A stretch of 64,000 nt of DNA, from positions 30,690,001-30,754,000 of the forward strand of contig NC_135904.1 of the NCBI RefSeq assembly GCF_964194155.1. The letters are read 5' to 3'. Under the pieces are notes generated by a model. The model ran no database searches. It saw only the letters and a list, made by a program, of their open reading frames with translations, and was not told the origin of the DNA. Origin of the DNA: Cetorhinus maximus. Its lineage: Eukaryota. Positions 37,935 to 50,430 of the stretch are shown one piece after another. Position numbers and translations under genes: made by a program. Every line of letters starts with the position of its first letter. Position 1 is the first letter of the stretch.

Positions 37935-38520
37935 GATCATAGAATTACATGGAATTTTATAGCACGGAAATGGGCTTTTGGTCGATGCCTGTGTTTTCAC
38001 TCCACATGAGCCTCCTCCTGCCTTAATTCACCTCAACACTATCAACATATCCTTCCAATCCTTTCTCCTTGCACTTATTTAACTTCCCCTTAAATGCATT
38101 TTTGCTAATCACCTCAACTACTCCTTGTGGTAACGTGTTCCATATTCTGACCACTCTCTAACTAAAGAATTTCTCCTAAATTGCCTACTGGATTTATTCG
38201 TAACTGTGATATTTATGGTCCCGCAGTTTTGGATTCCCCAACAAGTGGAAACATTCTCTGCAACTACTCCCCAATCAGACTCCTTCAGTAATTTAAAATC
38301 TCCATCAGGTCTCTTCACAGTTTTTTCTTTTCTAGAGAAAAAAGCCTCATACAGTTCAGTATTCATGATGTACTACAGATCAGTGATTAATTGATGTGCC
38401 TTCTTAGTTCTAGTATCATCTTTGTAAATCATTTTTGAACTTTCTCCAGTTCTTCTGTATTATTTTTAAAATATGGAGACCAGAACATTGCCCAGTATTA
38501 GCAAGTGTGGTCTAACCAAA
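37935..38520 (-). mobile_element. Degenerate CR1 3' fragment
   Basis: Minus strand ggttagaccacacttg...gttctggtctccata and a CR1 3' UTR. Confidence 0.7.
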
Positions 38521-38529
38521 GTTTTTTTT

Positions 38530-39905
38530 AAAACTCATTCCTAGGAAGTGGCAAAGCCAGCATTTATTGTCCATCTCTTATGGCCTTCTTGAACCACTAC
38601 AGTCCATGTAGTGAAGATACTCCCACAGTGCTGTTAGGGAGAGAGTTCCAGGATAGTGCCCCAATGACACTATCATTGTTTCCAAGACAGGGTGATGGAT
38701 GATATGGAGGGGAACTCACAGGTGGTGGTGTTCCCAGGCACCTGCTTTCCTTGTTCTTCTAGGTGGTAGTGGCTTGGAAGGTGCTGTCGAAGGAGTCTTG
38801 TGGAGTTGCTGCAGTGCATCTTGTAGATGGTATACACTGTTGTCACTGTGCGTTGGTGGTGGAGGGCATCAACTTTAAGATGGTGGACAGAGACAGTCAA
38901 GCGGGGCTGCTTTGTTCTGGAAGGTGTCGAGCTTCTTGATATTATTGGAGCTGCACTCATCCAGGCAAGGGGAGAGTATTCCATCACACTCCTGACTTGC
39001 GCCTTGTAGATGGTGGATAGGCTTTGAGGATTCGAGGTGTACAAGATTATGAGGGGCATGGACAGGGTGGATAGGGAGCAGCTGTTCCCCTTAATTGAAG
39101 GGTCAGTCACGAGGGGATATAAGTTCAAGGTGAGGGGCAGGAGGCTTAGGGGGGATGTGAGGAAAAACTTTTTTACCCAGAGGGTGGTGACGGTCTGGAA
39201 TGCACTGCTTGGGAGGGTGATGGAGGCGGGTTGCCTTACATCCTTTAAAAAGTACCTGGCTGAGCACTTGGCACGTCATAACATTCAAGGCTATGAGCCA
39301 AGTGCTGGTAAATGGGATTAGGTAGGTAGGTCAGGTGTTTCTCGCGTGTTGGTGCAGACTTGATGGGCCGATGGGCCGCTTCTGCACCCTGTGATTCTGT
39401 GATTCCGTGATTCAGGAGGTGACTTAGTCACTACAGAATTCCTAACTTCTCACCTGCTCTTGTAGCCACAATATTAATATGGCTGGTCCAGGTAAGCTTC
39501 TGGTTTTTGGTATCTCCCATAATGTTGATGGTTGGGTATTCAACAATGATAATGTTGTTGAATGTCAGAGGGAGGCATTTAGACCCTCCCTTGTTGGAGA
39601 TGGTCATTGCCTGGCACTTTGTGTGGCATGGATGTTACCTGCCACTTACCAGCCCAAATCTAAATGTTGTCAAGGTCCTGCTACATGTCAGCACAGACTG
39701 CTTCTCAGTATCTGAGGAGTTGTGAATGGTACTGAACATTGCGCAATCATCAGCAAACATCCCGACTTATGACATTAAGATGGAGGGAAGGTCATTGATG
39801 AAGCAGCTGAAGATATTTGGGCATGGGACACTACCCTGTGGAACCTCTGCAGTGATATCCTGAGGCTGAGGTGATTGTTCTTCAACAGCCACTACCACCT
39901 TCCTT
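38530..39905 (-). mobile_element. LINE-B fragment interrupted by a CR1
   Basis: LSTIYKAQVRSVMEYSPLAW; the sequence resumes after 39413. Confidence 0.8.
39033..39413 (+). mobile_element. Young CR1 3' end nested in LINE-B
   Basis: YKIMRGMDRVD...FFTQRVVTVWNAL with a (gattctgt)n tail. Confidence 0.9.
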
Positions 39906-40149
39906 TGCCACATAAGTTTAACATAACTTCTCTAATTTTAAATTCTGTCTCCGTTAGAAATGAACCCCAGTGCTTTGTTTGCACTTTTTATGGCTTTGTG
40001 AACCTACATGGCTACTTTTTAATGATTTTTGAGTCTGTAGCCCATGATCCCTTTGCACCTTGACCCGATTTAGACTTATTTTGCAAGAGGCAGGTGGGCT
40101 TCTTACTCCTCCTTTGAATAATCTTTGAGTGTAGGCAACACCTTTGTGC

Positions 40150-41150
40150 TTTTCATCTCTCACTGCTATGGCCAAACTAGGACGTGAGCTTTCCCTTTGC
40201 TTCGTGGTTGCTTCCTGAACCATTCCACCACCCCACCGTCCTGCACATTAGTGCCCAGTGAGTCTGCCAGTGCAAACTTCTATAGCCTAACATCTGAAAT
40301 ATGTGCAATAGCACTTTGTGAGCTGGCGCTTGCTAAGGTAAGGGTGAGTGATGCAGTGCCATCTTCTGTGCATCATCAAGTCAATTCCTCATCCTTTGTG
40401 TGCTCTATATTTGTTGACCTGATACAGAATAGAGGAACAAGGATTAGGTTTTAGTGTGAAGGATAAGCCGAGTCACTCCTGATGCAAAACATCCCCACAA
40501 TCTCCATGAATTGCTCTTTGGGTGAGGAGAGGATCGGAATGGGTGCTTTCCTTTCTTCTGTCCTTGCCTCCTCCCTACTTCTGTTTTGTAGCTTTGCCTG
40601 CAAGAATGAAGGGAGAGCGTTAGCAGGAGCCCAGTGGGAAGGTTTGAGGATGTGCATGTCCCAGGTCAAATAGTGGTGCTGGTGTGCAAATGGATGCTGT
40701 GGTGTGGTGAGTGGGAGCAGTCGGGTGAGTAGAAGGTGCGGAATGTGGCATTAAGAGCAGACAGAGGTGGAATGAAGTGTGTTTCTGTCAAACTGCTACT
40801 CGGGGCAGGAAGAGTGTTCAGGGCAAGAACTTCAGATAGCGCAGGATTAAGCAGAGAGTGATGTGGGAGTGTAATTAGGAGTTACCTTATTAACCCTGCC
40901 CAGGTCATTGAAAATAATCCTACATTGGTTCCAGGTCAGTGGTTTGATACCTCTGGAGCTGACAGACTCTGCTGTCTGAATCAAAGTGAACCTCACCATT
41001 AAGAGGTGCAGGCTGCCTTTAAAAAGTGGCAGAAATGCCATAAACTGAAGGCCCCAGTTAGGTGAGCTGCCATTGTACAGCAGGACTAACACCAGTAGTC
41101 AGTGTATCTAATTATAAAGAGGCCACCTGACCAATTTGCCGGTATTGACT
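40150..41150 (-). mobile_element. Old Harbinger-type Myb/SANT gene relic
   Basis: TWNQCRIIFNDL resembles the RTW.QCRKKFNDL helix of MSANTD-like proteins and is followed by AAG|gtaac. Boundaries uncertain. Confidence 0.45.
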
Positions 41151-42681
41151 GACCCACATGATTAGCCTGAAAATGGCTTGACACAAATTTCAATCTTTAC
41201 AAGTCAATCCTTGATCTGTGCAGACAATGGTGGACACTGTTGTCTTCAGAGTCCTTTGAGTATTTGTTCATCCTGACTGTCTGTCAGAATGTCGTGTGAC
41301 AAACCTGGTGGGGGAGGCTCGTGTACCCGTTATAGAACCTGCTGAACTTTTCTTCCATTAATTTTAAGTTAATGGCGTGTGATCCTCGCTGGATTTTCCT
41401 TTCTGTGCTCTGCTCAGCTCATGCTCAACAACCAAAGAGCAAGGGTGAAAATCTATTCCTTTGAATTTTTAGCTGCAGAGATAGAATTAAAATCAACTAT
41501 GGTCCTCACTCCTGAATGTCCACGAAAAAGTTGAATATACACGAATGAAGGTTGGTATGAGGACATTATGGCAAGCTTGACGAATACCTTAGGGAAAAAA
41601 GGATTTATGCTGATAGGATTAGTGGCTTGTGTGGAGGATAAGCACTGGTACAGACCAGCTGAGTCGAATGGCCTGTTTTTGTGTGGTACAGTCTATGTAA
41701 TTCCCGACTGGGCTCGAGTGTGGCACTCACGGTGGAATAGATTCCTAACACTCACCATCCACTCTTAAGCATGAAGACTATCCAGTGACTATCAGATGAA
41801 GCGTTGGGCGAACTGTAACTCAATAGGAATCATGATGTTTGAGAGATGTGAGAAAAGGCTTAAGAGAATAAATAAATTTGAAAATGATTAGAATATTTAA
41901 TTATGGTCACGCAAGTGCAGTTGCATTTTTGAATCTCACCCCAGATGTAATCCCTTGTCCGCATTCCAAGCTGTCAACCTTTGTGGTCTGTTCACTTAGA
42001 GCTGATAGAAAGCATATTTTTCTTTCTTTAATTCTCAATCTGGAGATTGCAGTAGTTAACTTGCATCCACACAGCTGATTGACAGACCTGAATGTAAGCA
42101 AATACAATAGAGTTTACTTAACTGTAGCTCAGTAATTAAATGGAATTTGACGTGTAAAAAAAAAATCCAGGTGGGTTTATTTTGAGAAGAACTCGGCTAA
42201 TACTCTGGAGTCATACATCTTTAAACCTGCAGCAGGGACAAGTACCCTAGCAGCTGAGCTTTTGCAACACAGAAAATTAATCACTCATTCGTTCTGAAGG
42301 TTCCTTTGCAGAATGGAACTGCCGTTGATTCGGGGATAAAGGAGTTCACTTGGAATGGATCACATATTGCCTGTTCTTTACTTTTTAAATTGGACCATTT
42401 TCCATGGGCAGAAACATCACAGATTTGCACTACGTGCGGTAGCGGGTGGGTAAAATGACATTTTACCCGCTGGCCGCGATGGTGGGTTTTCACGTTGTAT
42501 TATCCCAAACCCGCCCGATTACTTATGCATTCACGGGAAACAGGCCGTTTCCATGGCGGGAGGGATCTCATTCGCCCGCCCGCCATTACCCCGCCGCTCC
42601 ATCAGGCCGGGCATCATATTTAAAGTCCAGCCGCAAGCCCATGTCTCGGTGCTTCCAGCTCATCACTGCTGCACGGAAGAC

Positions 42682-44374
42682 AAGGCCCTGAAACTGAAGA
42701 AGACTGCAGCCCCCAGGTTCAGTGATGCGTTCCTCAGGCACCTTTTGGATGCTGTAGAGGTCCGCCAGGATGCCCCCTACCCCCGCTCTGGCCGCAGGAT
42801 GGGCAGCAGCAGCACTAATCAGGCTTGAGAGGCGGTGGTCAGTGCCAACACCCTTCAAAAGAGGACAGCCACCCAGTGCCGCAAGAGGATGAATGATCTC
42901 CTCCGCTCCGCCAGGGTAAGTCACTCTTCTCATCACTCTCAACTCTGAAACCCATCACACATCCACAGGGCCCTCACTCACTGAAGTTCAAGGAACATCA
43001 CCATTCACTCTCTCACACACACCTTCATGCCCTCATCCCATCCAATGGACCACTCATCACCCACACATACCAGGTATACTTTTAACCTGGCCTGGCAGGC
43101 GTCCTACTTACACTTTCTCCATCTTTATCCATGCAGAACAAGCTGGCACACAACAAGAGGGAGAGGTCACAGATCGATGGCGGAATGCCCGAAATCAAGG
43201 TCCTCATGGACTTTGAAAACAGAGCCATCCAGCTGGCCGGCGAGGATCTGGACTGTTCCTGTGCTGATGGTGAGGTCGGCGCTGCTCTACCAAGTGAGGG
43301 TCCAGCAATGCAACATCCAACAGGCAACCATGCTGTGAGTGATGTGTCCTGTTTCACAGGCCACCTCCATGCATTAATTATCTCCCCTTGCTTTCACAGG
43401 CACATCTACCAAACAGCCGACAGAGTCCATAACCCAGGGCCTCCAATCAAGTCCCAAAGAAACCTCTGAAGAGGAATCTGGAGGCACCCTCCCTGAAGTC
43501 CCGTCACAGCCTCACCCACACCCTCCACCAGCGCAGAGACACCCACCTCGGTGGGACCTAGCTTTAGAGTAGCCCCGGGATCACAATCTGATGAGCACAT
43601 CGCACTGGCTGATCCACTGTAGGTGGCAGCATGGATTTCCTAGGTGTTCAGCACTCGGAGGACTGCTGGAGGCCTGAACTTTGCTAAGTCAGGGTCAGAT
43701 GAGGAGCCTCTGGACTCGGTCATGTCGCAGTTGCTGGAGCTGCAAAGGCAAGCTCGGGAACATCAGGAAGGGATGTCCACTGCTCTCCTCAGATTGAGAG
43801 GCACGATGGAGGAGTCCGTCCGCCCTCAGTCTGAGGTGATAGCGCCGGCATCTCAACACACCGAGGTCAACACTGGTAGGGTGGCGGCCGCCATGGAGAC
43901 CTTGGTCCAGGACTTTGCTCCTGCACTGCTGAGCGGGCTCAACTCCATCGCTGATGCCATAGTTGGCCTCCAACAGCGTGTACGCGAGAGGAGTGCCAGG
44001 CAGCTCAATCCCACTCCAGCTACCCTTGTTCCTCAAGGAGTCAGCCTGGGGCCCTCGGGCGTCTGTAGGGAGGAGGATCAGCAGGTGCACACTCTGGGCC
44101 CATCCATCCAGGTGACTCCGAGAGTGTCCGGCTAATCTGACTCCCCTCTTCCTGTGACCTCAGCAGCTCCAGCTCCACAGGCCGAGGAGGCTGCCACTGC
44201 CACACAGCAGGACCCCGAAAGCAGGCCAGAGCCCTCCAAGTCTTGCCCTCCAGAGGATGCCCACCCCAAGGTCATCACAGACAGGGCAGTCAGCAGTCTG
44301 CCTCCAGCTCCGCTGTGGATGTCTGGGTAGCACCAAGACATAGCGGCAGGGTTAGGAAAGTTAAGGAGAATTAG
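42682..44374 (+). pseudogene. Harbinger Myb/SANT-like DNA-binding protein gene, 3 exons, disabled
   Basis: Exons at about 42682-42915 (gtaagt), 43137-43293 (gtgagg) and 43400-44374. APRFSD and KRTATQCRKRMNDL motifs. The start codon is AAG where the 36290 copy has ATG; in-frame stops present. Confidence 0.7.
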
Positions 44375-45124
44375 CTACACAGCCTGGGCATGGGTGTTAA
44401 TCACTTGTACACACTGTTCACTATTGTCAATAAACTCCCAAGAATGTCTCCCTGCCGATCGCTCCTTGTTCTGATGAGCAGTGTTCATGACACTCAGATG
44501 TGAAACCTTTCTGCACAAGATAAAGGCAGGTGCCTCAGTCCAGGGCCTCTTCCCTGTGCTTTGTGCAGCCTTCAGACCAAAGTGATGATCCAGCCTCTCA
44601 CTCCCTGGAGACATTACTGATGCCTGCACCTCGGCGGTGCTGGTCATTGCTGCCAGAATGTAGTGGGCAGGTGTCACAGAGTTCCATCATTCTCTCTGTG
44701 TGCTCTCAGCGGCTTTAAGGAGCAGCTGGTCCCCATTTCTTCAGCATCTATGACGACTCATGCTGTGCTCCTGAAGGGGTCAGGTGCTGAAGGTGGACAA
44801 AGGTTCAGATGCATCTAAAGTTTCGTGGTTGCATCTCTATTATATGACCCTGATCACTGAGCACAAGCAACCTGCCCTCGGCCAGACAGGAGTCAGACAT
44901 TCTCAGAGGCTGTGTGAAGATCTATGGAGTGTCCTCACTGCATGTCAATACCATCCTCCTGCAATCAAGCGACAATTAGGGCCTCCATTGTGTCTCCATG
45001 ACAGGAGCATTATCACAGAGGGTATTCACACTGCCATAAGTCAGACTGGAATCAAACGTTCACATATGCGATGTGAGGATCCGTGGGGTCACTGCACTAC
45101 ATGCTGTTATCATCCTCCACAAAT

Positions 45125-46328
45125 CTAGCAGCTTTGAGGGCCTCCTGAGTGTGCCTGCCTCATCTGGCCAGTGTGAGGGCCTCATTGCCATCATCATTGC
45201 CTCTGAGGACCTCCTCACCCTCATCCCCATCGGTGTCCTCCTCATCTGAGGAGACCTCCAGCTCCTCCATCTCCTCCTCAGCCAGCTCCTCTCCCCATTG
45301 CAGTGCCAGGTTGTAAAGGGCGCAGCAGGCAATGATGATGCGTGACACCCTCTGCGGCCTGTACTGCAGGGCTCCACCAGACCGGTTCTGGCATCGGAGC
45401 TTCATCTTCAGCATCCCGATGGTCTGCTCCACCATGGTGTGAGCTGCAGCATGAGCCATATTATACCGTCGCTCTGCTGCAGTTTGAGGCCGCCACATGG
45501 GTGTCATCAGCCACATCCTCTGCGGGTAGCCCTTGTCCTGAGGAGCCAACCCTGCAGCTTCTGTGGACACAGGAAAACTCCAGGGGTCTGTGACTGACTG
45601 AGAATGTAGGAGTCATGGACACTCCCTGGAAACTGTGCGCACACCTGCAGGATGTGTTTGTGGTGGTCACACACCAGCTGCACATTCAGCAAATGGAATC
45701 CCTTGCGGTTGATGTAGTTCACTGTGTGTTACGATGGAGATCTGAGCACCGCATGAGTGCAGTCGATCGCATCCTGCACCTGTGGGAAACCCAAGATCTG
45801 GGCAAATCCAATCGCTCTGGCATCCTGGCTGTCCTGGTCCCGGGTGAAATGCACTAAGTTGTGTGCCCTCGTAAAGATAGCATCCGTGACCACATGGATG
45901 TATTTGTGGGTGTTAGCTTGTGATATCCCACAGAGGTCACCTGTGGAGCCACTGGCATAGAAATTAAGCGTCCCAGTCACTTTCACAGCCACTGGCAGTG
46001 GGTGCCCTGCATGTCCCCGTGGTGCCAAGTCCTGCAGCAGCTGGCAGATGTGACCAACCAGTTCCCTAGACATGCGCAGTCTACAGTGACACTGGTTCTC
46101 GGTCAACTGCAGGAATGACAGGCAGGGTCTATACACCCTGGGTGTTGCTAGGTGTTGACCAGTGACGGCTTGCCGTGGACCTTCAGCGGCGTGAGTGGTA
46201 GCCCCAGCCCTTTCTTCCTGAGGGTGCTGGTCCTGCCTCTGCCCAGCCAGGAGCCTCAGTCGCTCTCTCCTCCATTGCCTTCGCACTCTGTAGGCCATCA
46301 GGCATACAGCTAGTTCACCAGGCTCCAT
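45125..46328 (-). pseudogene. Harbinger (HARBI1-like) DDE transposase, frameshifted
   Basis: [40 protein letters not shown] and VEQTIGMLK, spread over three ORFs. Confidence 0.9.
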
Positions 46329-47449
46329 GATCCTGATGTACTCCTTCTGCAGGATGGAAGAGAGAGACACGTGGTTAGCTTGGGTGTACTAAGTACCTGT
46401 CCTGGTTAGTGTGAAGGCCCCTTAATGCTTCCTGGAGAGTGCTGGCCACCACCTGGATGGCCAGAGTTTAGTGCGTTGTATGGCTGCCCGAAACCCCACC
46501 CTCCTCCGCCCCACTCCACCTGACCGATTGGCAGCAGCTTCGGCCACTGGACTGCATGCTGTGCTCTCAGCTCAGGCACAGGCATTCGCCTAACCCACAC
46601 TGCAAGGCTGCACTGTTAGCTTGAACCATGGGGGAGACTGGTCCAAATCGGGATGATGACATTGCAAAGGGGCTGTGAGCACCTCCACCAGTGACTGCTC
46701 CATGGCCCAGCTTTAGCAAGGAGATTGTACAACGTGTGCAGTCGTCCAACTGCTCTGCAGCCCACTAAAACACTCATGACTTTGCAGTCTGTACCATGTG
46801 GGGGGAGGGTGAAAAGCTTCGGAGCACTTGGTGGCACTTTGATGCCTCTGTGTTGCTTGAGTGGGCAGATAAGCTAGAAGCCCGACTCCAATCGTATCAA
46901 TGTGGCTGTGCCTGAAGTGCCCGAGTTACAGAGGAATGGTCACTTCCTACAGGTTCCCCTTATGCGTGGCCACTTCCCTCGCCCACCCTACCCCCCACCC
47001 AAATGCTTATACGCAATATTCAACGGCAGGTCCTTGCCTCACCCCCCCCACCCCCCCACAAGTCGCCTCAACGACAGGGTTGCCATTAACCCCGACCCCC
47101 CAGCGCCCCTCAAGTTTGAAGTCCAACAGACGACCCTGGCGAGTGCTGCACAACGTTACTGTGTGCTGACACCTGAGTTCCCCTCAAAGTGCAGGCCGCC
47201 AAGTGCACATCGCTTATGCGCTGTTGTGAATCACGTGCTTTACCTCCAACGTGGACGGACAATCCAGCGGCGGGGGGGGGGGCGGTGGGTGGCGATTCTG
47301 GTGGTCTGGCCTGATAATGATGTGCTGATGTATTACAATTAGGTGCCCGATGTCCGATGGCGGGCTGAGCAATCGATCGTAAACTGGTTTCCCGCCGTTG
47401 TAAAACTGATCGTGCACGTTGTCCGCCCATGCCACTGATCATGCCCAAC

Positions 47450-47608
47450 GCCTCCGAGGCTTCGCACCTCGTTCACTACAACAAAAGCCACACCGTGTCG
47501 GCCAGGGAGATCCAGAGCGCCGTCCGCCTCATGCTGCCAGGGGAACTGGTCAAACTCACCGTTTCCGAAGGCACCAAAGCGGTCACCAAATACACCAACT
47601 CTGTTTAG
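47450..47608 (+). pseudogene. H2B: Histone H2B C-terminal fragment
   Basis: Translates to [52 protein letters not shown]. No N-terminus and no 3' stem-loop. Confidence 0.92.
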
Positions 47609-47619
47609 GTAGGTCACTC

Positions 47620-48110
47620 TGTAGATTATATGCTTCAGAGACTTGGACAACCTACAGCAGGCGCCTCAATGCACTGGAGAAGTATACCAGCGATGTCTTT
47701 GCAAGATCCTCCAAAGCAGTGGCAAGAAAGGCAGTCAAACAGCAGTGTCCTCTCCCAAGACAACATGCCCAGCATCGAAGCGCTAATCACTCAAAACCAG
47801 GTCTCCTAGACAGGTCATGTCGTTCGTATGCCTGACATCAGACTACCAAAGCGGCGGCTCTACTTGGAGCTCAATTGCTGCAGGAAACTCCCAGGAGGAC
47901 AGCGGCAATGCTTTAAGGATGTCCTATTAACATCCCTGAAGAGGTCAAACATCCCCACTGACTTACAGGTGTCCCTGCCTTGTGACCGACCAAAACGGAG
48001 AAGGTTCTTTTGGGAAGGAACCGAGCACATTGAGAGACTTCGTTGGGAGCACGCAGAGGTGAAACCAAGGTATTGGAGCGAGTGCACAAACATGCCTTTC
48101 TCACTGTCCA
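47620..48110 (+). mobile_element. RTE LINE 3' fragment
   Basis: LYASETWTTYSRRLNALEKY and MPDIRLPKRRLYLEL...GGQRQCFKD motifs. Confidence 0.8.
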
Positions 48111-48242
48111 CGCCTCTTTCCCATTAGGATCTCCATTGAACAGCTGTAAAGACTGAACAATTATTATTGAACTATTAGCAAAAAAAGTTGAATGATTTGT
48201 TGGCTTCAAAAATATATGATTAAGCAACATTAGCAGAGTTTG

Positions 48243-49640
48243 AAATAAAAGCAGAAGGTGCTGGAAAAACTCAGCATCTGTGGATGTGACATTTTGAGTC
48301 CGTATGACCCTTCTTCAGAGTGAAAAGAGAAGTAGAAATGTGATTAAATTTATACTGTTTAAGGGGGTTGGAGCAGGTGAAGCTGGATAGAAGGCCAGCG
48401 ATAGGTGTGGGCAAAGGAGAGATTGACAAAAAGGATAAAGGGAGTGTTAATGGTAGTGGTAAGGGCTAAAGAAGGTGCTAAAGGCAAGGAAGCAGAATGT
48501 GTTAAAAGCAGAACAAGAGTCAGCACTCTGTGAAAGAACAACATGGAACAAGTAACAGATGGCTCTTTTGGGGGTGGGATGGGGGAAGGAAGCAGTTGTT
48601 GGGGGAAAGGGATAAAAAGATGATAAAACAATGAATAAATGAATAAAAGTAAAAATGAAAATAATTGGATAATAAATAAAAATAAATTTGAAAAAAGGGG
48701 ATTAAAAAAGGGATGAAGATAGAGGAGAGAGTTCATGGTCTGAAGTTGTTGAATTCAATGTTAAGTCCAGAAGGCTGTAAAGTGCCTAATCGGAAGATGA
48801 GGTGCTGTTCCTCCAGTTTGTATTGGGCTTCACTGGAATATTGCAGCAGGCCAAGGATGGACATGTGGGCATGAGGGCAGGGTGGTGTGTTGAAATGGCA
48901 AGCGACAGGGAGGTCAGGGTCATGCTTGCGAACAGACCGAAGGTGATCCACAAAGCAGTCACCCAATCTGCGTTTGGTCTCCCCAGTGTAGAGGAGACCA
49001 CATTGAGAGCAGCGAATGCAGTAGACCAAACTGAAGGAGGTGCAAGTGAAGTGCTGCTTCATCTGTAAGGAGCATTTGGGCCCTTGGACAGTGAGGAGGG
49101 AGCAGGTAAAGGGGCAGGTATTGCACCTTCTGCGATTGCATGGGAAAGTGCCGTGGGAAGGGGATGAGATGTTGGGAGTGATGGAAGAGTGGACCAGGGT
49201 GTCCCGGTGGGAACGGTCCCTACGCAATGTTGACAGGAGGAGTGAGGGGAAGATGTGTTTGGTGGTGACATCATGGTGGAGTTGACGGAAATGGTGGAGG
49301 ATGATCCTTTGAATGCGGAGGCTGGTGGGGTGAAAAGTTAGGACAAGGGGGACCCTATCATGGTTCTGGGAGGGAGGGTAAGGTGTGAGGGCAGAGACAT
49401 GGGAGATGGGCTGGACATGGGTGAGGGCCCTGTCAACCATCATGGGTGGGAAACCTTGGTTAAGGAAGAAGGGAGACATGTCAGAAGCACCATTTTATAA
49501 AGCGGCATCATCAGAACAGATGTGACAGAGGCGAAGGAACTGAGAGAATGGGATGGAGTCCTTACATGAAGCAGGGTGTGAGGAGTTGTTAGCCGAGGTA
49601 GCTGTGGGAGTCAGTGGGCTTGTAATGAATATTAGCAGAA
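48243..49640 (-). mobile_element. Penelope-like retroelement, 5'-truncated, with GIY-YIG endonuclease, 3' UTR and a terminal hammerhead motif
   Basis: IPFSQFLRL, RVPLVLTFHP, CNRRRCNTC, VYCIRCSQCGLLYTGETKRRL, HFN and EQHLIFRLGTLQPSGLN (ORF 48733-49479). Terminus CUGAAGA-A-GGGUC-AUACG-GACUC-AAAA-UGUC at about 48322-48283. Confidence 0.92.
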
Positions 49641-49974
49641 TTTGTTCTCTTTCCTCTCCCCTTCCCCTCTCTCTCATCCTGGGTTCTGCCACAAGCCCTA
49701 ACCCCTTGGCTTAATACACTTTTCAGATATTTATAGAACACAGAACAAAAGTTGTAGTAGATGTGCATTCAGAACACTGCCTATTTTTCTCACATGTAAG
49801 AACAGCCCATCTTTTTCTCATATAAATTTTATCTCAAAGCTTTTTTAAAAAAAATGTCTCTTGTTTTTCAAAATCATTCAAAGAAAATGGTTGGTTGACC
49901 AGGATTGGCATCCTGTCATCTGCAAGAGATGATGTGAATGCAGCCGCAGAACATTGGTGAGGTCAGATGAAATC

Positions 49975-50092
49975 TTTTTAGCTCTGAAGAAGAGTCATAC
50001 GGACTCGAAACGTGAACTCCGTTTCTCTCCCCGCAAGTGCTGCCAGAGCTACTGATTTTTTTTTTCTCTAGTGTTTCATGTTTTTTATTTCG
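49975..50092 (+). mobile_element. Short Penelope-derived hammerhead element with a 9-bp TSD
   Basis: Flanked by gatgaaatc (49966-49974 and 50093-50101); core CUGAAGA-A-GAGUC-AUACG-GACUC-GAAAC-GUG. Confidence 0.75.
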
Positions 50093-50354
50093 GATGAAAT
50101 CATCTGCTGAACAATCCTGGAGAGGCAAGGACTGCCACAAATACCACCGATGAAGCTGCCCCTTGCTGGTGGTGTGGAATGCTCTCTGTGTGTAGGGCCG
50201 GCGGCTGCTTTGGAGCTTGGAAATCTGTAACCAAATTGTCACTGGGGTGCCGAACTCCTCCCCACGGCTGGTGTCACCATTTGCATCGATCATCAGCCAC
50301 AGACTCCTGCTTGTCATGAATGACGTTGAGGGCTTTCATGCAACAACACACAGT

Positions 50355-50430
50355 AAAAATGTTAATTCCGTTTCTTTTCACAGATGCTGCCTGACCTGCT
50401 AAGTACTTCCAGCCTTTTCTGTTTTCATTG
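50355..50430 (+). mobile_element. Fragment of the same Penelope-derived element, downstream of the ribozyme core only
   Basis: gttaattcc...cagatgctgcctgacctgctaagtacttccagc. Confidence 0.6.

Larger units (their letters stand above)
42406..47428. mobile_element. Near-complete PIF/Harbinger DNA transposon (about 5 kb) with two convergent genes
   Basis: Termini gggcaga... and ...tccgccc; Myb/SANT gene on plus and DDE transposase on minus, the established Harbinger layout. Confidence 0.88.

Noticed and set aside
45125-46370. Domesticated HARBI1 gene
   Set aside because: Frameshifted, and embedded in a transposon with termini and a partner Myb/SANT gene.
47450-47608. Functional histone gene or histone cluster
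   Set aside because: No N-terminal half, no stem-loop and no neighbouring histone genes.
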